This document shows, piece by piece, positions 59,987 through 64,000 of a stretch of 64,000 bases of DNA. The stretch spans positions 64,001 through 128,000 of IMG/VR virus record IMGVR_UViG_3300042197_004918; one strand, written 5' to 3'. The DNA is from a virus. Made by a program: the position numbers and the translations under genes. Each line of letters starts with the position of its first letter. Within the stretch, counting starts at the first letter, position 1. A model generated the notes under the pieces. The model did no database searches and was not told where the DNA came from. It saw nothing but the letters and a program-made list of their open reading frames with translations.

Positions 59987-60157
59987 ATGGATAATGCCCG
60001 CCTTAAAGAAATCGTCCTCAAGTTGATGGATGATAAGCAGAAATCTACTTTGGTATGTGACCACGGAGATTATAAAGTGATGTTCCCATACTGTATTATG
60101 CAGCATCTAAACGAATTGGAGGATCTTTATGCAGATGAAACTTCGCAAGAAAGTTAA
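59987..60157 (+). CDS. hypothetical protein
   Basis: ATG downstream of the promoter. Confidence 0.45.
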   Translation: MDNARLKEIVLKLMDDKQKSTLVCDHGDYKVMFPYCIMQHLNELEDLYADETSQES

Positions 60158-60335
60158 ACTTTACAATATCAAGGAACGTCCCGACGGAAACTGGAAACTA
60201 TGTCCACTTTGCGACTCGGAATTGGATTCTTGCCATATCGGAGTATTTTGTTCAAGTAAAAAATGTCGTTATGTAGATGGTATCGCTTTTTTGACCAAAG
60301 GCGAATACAAAAAATTTAAAGATAAAATCGAATAA
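60129..60335 (+). CDS. small Zn-ribbon protein
   Basis: CPLC..C....C. Confidence 0.5.
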   Translation: MQMKLRKKVKLYNIKERPDGNWKLCPLCDSELDSCHIGVFCSSKKCRYVDGIAFLTKGEYKKFKDKIE

Positions 60336-60373
60336 TTTAGCGGTTTTCAAAATTTCGTAATATGTATTGGATA

Positions 60374-60517
60374 ATGAACGTAGAATCGTATTTACCGTCA
60401 CTGTCTGTGTGGGCACCAGTTGCCCTCGGGAGTGCTGTATTGTCAGCCCCTCTCGGGTAACCTTTCTAACGGCATATCTTTACATAAGGACCGTTGGAAA
60501 AACTTCCAACGGTTTTT
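60374..60517 (+). promoter_or_regulatory. attenuator-like leader: 28-codon ORF, antiterminator arm and terminator
   Basis: ORF 60374-60460; terminator ACCGTTGGAA/TTCCAACGGT-TTTT; alternative pairing with TTCTAACGG at 60464-60472. Confidence 0.5.
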
Positions 60518-60546
60518 GACGTTTTTGGGATGGTTGAAGAAAGTAG

Positions 60547-60574
60547 TTGACGGATTTGAAAAGAAGTGTAAGAT
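60547..60574 (+). promoter_or_regulatory. sigma70-like promoter for the tRNA array
   Basis: TTGACG-16nt-TAAGAT. Confidence 0.5.
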
Positions 60575-60717
60575 AGTAACAGTTGAATTTGAAACAAGAC
60601 GTTCGGTTGAAACTCCGAACCGTAGAGGCAGAGTCTAAAAGACAGAGCCGGTCGGGCTAGTCCCGGTCACCACACGATAGGTCTGCCGACTAACCCCCGG
60701 AAAATAAAAGGGTCAAC

Positions 60718-60791
60718 GCGGGTATGATGTAATGGTAGCCTATAACTTTGCCAAAGTTGATGCGAGGGTTCGATTCCCTTTACCCGCTCCA
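60718..60791 (+). tRNA. tRNA-Gly(GCC)
   Basis: cloverleaf; loop TTGCCAA; GTTCGATTC; CCA. Confidence 0.93.
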
Positions 60792-60887
60792 GTAAATTGT
60801 TGTGTAAGTGGATTTAACCACCTTGACAACGGATATAAACCCCTTAACTGGGTTTTCCAATGTAGTCACAACGATTTATCAATTAAT

Positions 60888-60961
60888 GCGGAATTGTTGT
60901 AATGGTAGCGATTCTGATTTACACTCAGACAGAGGGGGTTCAATTCCCTCATTCCGTACCA
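60888..60961 (+). tRNA. tRNA-Val(TAC)
   Basis: TCTGA-TTTACAC-TCAGA; CCA. Confidence 0.9.
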
Positions 60962-61052
60962 ATTAATTTGTTAACAAAGAAAGCCGAAACCCTTCTGGTA
61001 TGGGAGCGTTTTTATCGGGGGTAAAAGTCCCAACTATCACCGCATTTTCAAT

Positions 61053-61129
61053 GGCCCCGTCGTCTAAGGTGGGTAGGACTTTTGATTCTCAATCAAAGAA
61101 ACTCGGTTCGACCCCGAGCGGGGCTACCA
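61053..61129 (+). tRNA. tRNA-Glu(CTC)
   Basis: TTTGA-TTCTCAA-TCAAA; CCA. Confidence 0.92.
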
Positions 61130-61217
61130 AATTTAAGGCAAAGCATCCTTTAATCCCAAACCGCACGTAAAGCGGGGATGGAAGCTTGACAGCTGGAGAG
61201 AAAGCACCAATTTTAAT

Positions 61218-61290
61218 GGTCGGCGTATGACACCTCTACAACGGGTTGCTCTGTTGAACAGTGAATAATTACGAGGATCCCCGGCCGCCA
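61218..61290 (+). ncRNA. 73-nt CCA-ending RNA with an acceptor-like stem but no T-loop
   Basis: GGTCGG/CCGGCC-GCCA; internal hairpin CAACGGG/TCTGTTG. Confidence 0.45.
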
Positions 61291-61386
61291 ACTTAAATCA
61301 CGGAAGTTAGGGTTCGAGGTCCTTGGGTCTTCTTGTAGGGAGGACACTTAATGTAAGTGGAAGCATACCGTGATTTGAAGTTTTTT

Positions 61387-61461
61387 GGGGGATTAGTGAT
61401 AATGGTAGCACGACTGATTTGCACTCAGTAGGTACTGGTTCGATTCCTGTATCCTCCACCA
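61387..61461 (+). tRNA. tRNA-Ala(TGC)
   Basis: G3-U70; ACTGA-TTTGCAC-TCAGT; CCA. Confidence 0.93.
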
Positions 61462-61462
61462 A

Positions 61463-61535
61463 CCGTTCGTAGGATAATGGCTATTCCGCCTGCTTTGGGA
61501 GCAGGATATTGTGAGTTCGAGTCTCACCGAGCGGA
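61463..61535 (+). tRNA. tRNA-Pro(TGG), CCA not encoded
   Basis: CCTGC-TTTGGGA-GCAGG. Confidence 0.9.
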
Positions 61536-61604
61536 CAGCGTAGCGCCGGGTTGGGTATTGCTCCAACGGTAATGTGTTAGTGTTAACGCCCGGCGGTCAC
61601 GTAT

Positions 61605-61678
61605 GCTCAAGTGATGTAATTGGAAAACATCTTTGTCTCAAAAACAGAGTTTTGTGGGTTCAACTCCCACCTTGAGCA
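61605..61678 (+). tRNA. tRNA-Leu(CAA), short variable loop
   Basis: TTTGT-CTCAAAA-ACAGA; A73 followed by CC only. Confidence 0.85.
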
Positions 61679-61680
61679 CC

Positions 61681-61760
61681 GTTCAGTTGATGAAAATCGT
61701 AGGGAAACATCTGGGACGAAAATCTCGGTTTTGTAGGTTCGACTCCTACACTGAACACCA
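61681..61760 (+). tRNA. non-canonical tRNA, 6-nt anticodon loop (CGAAAA; Phe-like GAA without U33)
   Basis: perfect acceptor GTTCAGT/ACTGAAC-ACCA; T-arm GTAGG-TTCGACT-CCTAC; enlarged D-loop. Confidence 0.7.
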
Positions 61761-61764
61761 TAAT

Positions 61765-61839
61765 GGTCACGTAGCCCAATTGGCAGGAGGCGCAACGTCG
61801 AGAACGTTGACAGTGTGAGTTCAAATCTCACCGTGACTA
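61765..61839 (+). tRNA. tRNA-Leu(GAG), short variable loop, C33
   Basis: CAACG-TCGAGAA-CGTTG. Confidence 0.85.
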
Positions 61840-61848
61840 CCGTATTTT

Positions 61849-61936
61849 GGGCAAGTATCCAAATGGTGAAGGAGACTGACTGTAAATCAGTTGCCATGTG
61901 CTAAACTTACAGGTTCGAGTCCTGTCTTGCCCACCA
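61849..61936 (+). tRNA. tRNA-Tyr(GTA)
   Basis: ACTGA-CTGTAAA-TCAGT; long variable region; CCA. Confidence 0.92.
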
Positions 61937-61978
61937 AACATCAAGCTCCCTTGAATTACACAACCTATGCATGGGTCA

Positions 61979-62132
61979 ACGAAATGGTGTATTAACCGAT
62001 TGGCTCGGTCGGCCTCTGATGTCTTTGATTTAAACAGACTAGCGTTTTCGGCTAGCCTGGCAGAGTGAGATAGATACCGTAGTAGGGCACGAGGCGGAGA
62101 ACATCAGTGAAATCCTCACAAAACCATTTCGT
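61979..62132 (+). ncRNA. structured RNA of unknown function (154 nt)
   Basis: perfect 10-bp terminal stem ACGAAATGGT/ACCATTTCGT; internal helices. Confidence 0.55.
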
Positions 62133-62141
62133 AAGTATAAT

Positions 62142-62219
62142 GGCTACGTAGCCCAATTGGAAGGAGGCGTCTCATTTAAAACGAGAACAGTGCAGGTTCG
62201 AGTCCTGTCGTAGCTACCA
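62142..62219 (+). tRNA. tRNA-Leu(TAA), short variable loop
   Basis: TCTCA-TTTAAAA-CGAGA; CCA. Confidence 0.85.
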
Positions 62220-62341
62220 TTTTTGATTTCGGGTGTATATGACACAACGAATTACGTATATTTGTGTCAAAATGTGGAATGGATTGGGCACGAAACTCCG
62301 AATTGCACTGACCAATCACACTCGAATTTTGAATCTATGTT

Positions 62342-62415
62342 GGGGCACGGTAGGCTCCGATGTAAGTAGAGGTCGCGGGTGGTGCCCTCGGATGGGTTCA
62401 AGTCCCAGACCACCA
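62342..62415 (+). ncRNA. tRNA-like RNA with a T-arm and ACCA end but no cloverleaf 5' half
   Basis: TGGG-TTCAAGT-CCCA-GACCACCA; GGGGCAC/GTGCCCT helix. Confidence 0.55.
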
Positions 62416-62423
62416 AATTTCAT

Positions 62424-62498
62424 AGGGATATAGCTCAATGGCGGAGCAACACAATGACATTGTGAAGGTTGCTGGTTCAAGTCCAGTTATCCCTACCA
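62424..62498 (+). tRNA. tRNA-Val(GAC)
   Basis: CACA-ATGACAT-TGTG; CCA. Confidence 0.9.
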
Positions 62499-62582
62499 GA
62501 TTGAAGAAAATTGTGCTAGATTTAAGCGGTAAACGTAACCGGCTCTCCTAAAGGAAGGGAAATTTTAAATCACTTCAACATT

Positions 62583-62741
62583 TTGTAGATGAGCGGTGGA
62601 GAAGTGCCACTAGAACATGAGTAGTGCGTAAATAGGTGTGTGATGTCCCGACAGTGGAATAAACGGAAACGGCCGTAACAACGGTGTAGCCGCCACGACG
62701 TAGAAAATACGCCATGAAGATTAAATTCTTTCCATCTACAA
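62583..62741 (+). ncRNA. structured RNA of unknown function (159 nt)
   Basis: perfect 9-bp terminal stem TTGTAGATG/CATCTACAA. Confidence 0.5.
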
Positions 62742-62750
62742 TCCCTTTAT

Positions 62751-62827
62751 GGTCACGTAGCCCAACGGCAGGAGGCGGGAGTCTTAGAAGCTCTACAGTG
62801 GGGGTTCAAATCCCTCCGTGACCACCA
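62751..62827 (+). tRNA. tRNA-Leu(TAG), short variable loop
   Basis: GGAGT-CTTAGAA-GCTCT; CCA. Confidence 0.88.
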
Positions 62828-63248
62828 TTTTGTTTTTTCTTCTCCAGTTTGGTGTTATGGAATGGCAATTAGGACATAGAAGTTTTAAGTTTTGGTTTTG
62901 ATTATTTTTCTTGTTTCCATCCACATGATGAACCTCAAGCGTTATTGGTTCTCCCAACCAATCCGCAGTCGAGCATCGTTCGCATTTTAATCCTCTCTCT
63001 TTAATGAGACAGTTTCTACGAGCGGTTGCGGAAGAATAATCTTCTAAAGATTTCAAAGATTTACCCTTATTCCACAGTTGATGTGAAAAATGACTTATAT
63101 CAAGATTCAATCGTTCAATATGAAGTTTAACGGACCCCTGAGTCCCGCCGGCTTGAACTAATCCAAGATTTTTCAAAACTTGACTATAAGCACGACTTTT
63201 GGAAACAGCAACTTTTAATTCTTCGTCTGAGTATGTTCTTTTTTTCAT
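62793..63248 (-). CDS. free-standing HNH homing endonuclease in the tRNA array
   Basis: CERC..LEVHHVDGNKKNN...NL.LLCPNCHS.T; N-terminal DNA-binding region. Confidence 0.9.
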   Translation of the reverse strand: MKKRTYSDEELKVAVSKSRAYSQVLKNLGLVQAGGTQGSVKLHIERLNLDISHFSHQLWNKGKSLKSLEDYSSATARRNCLIKERGLKCERCSTADWLGEPITLEVHHVDGNKKNNQNQNLKLLCPNCHSITPNWRRKNKMVVTEGFEPPL

Positions 63249-63304
63249 ATCAATAAATATGAAACGGTAGACGAATAACACAATATTTATGTGTCAACCA
63301 TTTT

Positions 63305-63548
63305 GAAAACGTGAGCGTGATAAAACGCAATGGGAACTAGACCACAACGAACCGGGAAGAAATGAAAGGTCGATAAACTATAGTTCTCATGTCGATTGAG
63401 GCGGTGCGATAATCCGATGGCGAGCGGACGCTCGTTGTGATTGGAAACAATCATACTATGGGGAACTAAGCGGTGATATATCACAAGGCACCCATAGCGC
63501 AGGGCCAGTCTTAGACACATACGGGTCCGAACCCCGTCGTTTTCACCA
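63305..63548 (+). ncRNA. 244-nt RNA closed by a tRNA acceptor stem, T-arm and CCA
   Basis: GAAAACG/CGTTTTC-ACCA; ACGGG-TCCGAAC-CCCGT; several internal hairpins. Confidence 0.75.
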
Positions 63549-63550
63549 TT

Positions 63551-63783
63551 TTGAAGTAGTAGGCTTAGAAGCAGCCATCTTTAATCAGCGAATCGAAACG
63601 CTGGCGACGACGCCTCCGTGCAACACCGACATTACGATTGGATGTTGTGAACGAGGTGATACATAAGAAGATATAGAGAGATAATAGTCTTGTGTATTGC
63701 CGTCCAGTATCTCCGCAGAAAGTAAACGGATACTCCGTAACTGGTAAGGTCCAATTATTCCTTGGCGTAAAAGCAGACTTCAA
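63551..63783 (+). ncRNA. 23S rRNA H43-H44 (uL11-binding/GTPase-associated centre) mimic RNA, copy 1
   Basis: GTAGGCTTAGAAGCAGCCATCTTTAA...GCGTAAAAGC inside the TTGAAGT/ACTTCAA stem. Confidence 0.75.
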
Positions 63784-63786
63784 TAT

Positions 63787-63861
63787 CCATCCGTCGCCTA
63801 ACTTGGTATGGCATCTCATTTGGGGTGAGAAATAATCTCGGTTCAAATCCGGGCGGGTGGA
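63787..63861 (+). tRNA. tRNA-Pro(TGG), second copy, CC only
   Basis: TCTCA-TTTGGGG-TGAGA; CTCGG-TTCAAAT-CCGGG. Confidence 0.88.
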
Positions 63862-63873
63862 CCTGATTAGAAG

Positions 63874-64000
63874 AAAGTAGGCTTAGAAGCAGCCATCTTT
63901 TAAAAAGTGACGAGTGGAAAAAGTATCTGTTGCAACAGAGAAATAAGCGTAACGGGTTTGTCAAGTCCCCGACGTATAACCACAGGGAATATAAATCCAA
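63874..64000 (+). ncRNA. 23S rRNA H43 mimic RNA, copy 2 (probably truncated by the window end)
   Basis: 25-nt exact repeat AGTAGGCTTAGAAGCAGCCATCTTT at 63876-63900. Confidence 0.65.

Noticed and set aside
60580-60716. Riboswitch or ncRNA before tRNA-Gly
   Set aside because: Several short hairpins are present, but no clear terminal stem or recognisable aptamer motif; left uncalled
63305-63548. Canonical tmRNA (ssrA)
   Set aside because: No G3-U70 pair, no GGGG 5' end, short length, and no Ala-Ala-ending tag frame seen
63558-63900. CRISPR array from the 25-nt direct repeat
   Set aside because: Only two copies 318 nt apart with a tRNA between them, and the repeat is explained by rRNA H43
63551-63905. 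23S rRNA gene or contaminating rRNA fragment
   Set aside because: Similarity is limited to the H43 and H44 motifs; the flanks are tRNAs and unrelated inserts
1-64000. Stop-codon reassignment
   Set aside because: Long conserved genes are intact in code 11 and end in TAA, TGA or TAG; no CTA/TCA-anticodon tRNA here (TAG and TAA are Leu anticodons)
60420-64000. Short ORFs called across the RNA array (60420, 61607, 61633, 62233, 63287, 63565, 63755)
   Set aside because: They overlap tRNAs or structured RNAs and have no protein-like features

Overview
This window is part of a large, T4-like/huge dsDNA bacteriophage genome read in the standard bacterial code, not a cellular chromosome. Layout: 1-18 kb replication and head-associated genes (family B DNA polymerase, DNA methyltransferase, sliding clamp, clamp loader, SNF2-type helicase, Cas4/AddB-like nuclease, SleB-type hydrolase, Gmd). 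18-28 kb Ser/Thr/Gly-rich virion fibre genes, including a 1939-aa beta-helix plus about 56x SHAEG-repeat adhesin. 28-54 kb a dense minus-strand accessory block (HNH, ClpP, kinase, a DUF1501 + Planctomycete-cytochrome/DUF1549/DUF1553 pair that points to a Verrucomicrobia/Planctomycetes host, a truncated class II aaRS paralog, ThyA, DHFR, dCMP deaminase). 54-60 kb a nucleotidyltransferase, an Ig-domain virion protein and an Acb1-like 2H phosphoesterase. 60.4-64 kb a tRNA/ncRNA array. The most striking signal is in that array. Besides 12 canonical-anticodon tRNAs (four Leu tRNAs all lack the long variable arm), nearly every spacer is a closed structured RNA. These include two RNAs that copy the 23S rRNA uL11-binding GTPase-associated centre (H43, plus an H44 loop split from it by a ~180-nt insert in the complete copy), a 244-nt RNA closed by a tRNA acceptor stem/T-arm/CCA, and a tRNA with a 6-nt anticodon loop. 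All family assignments come from motifs recognised by eye; no database search or folding program was run.
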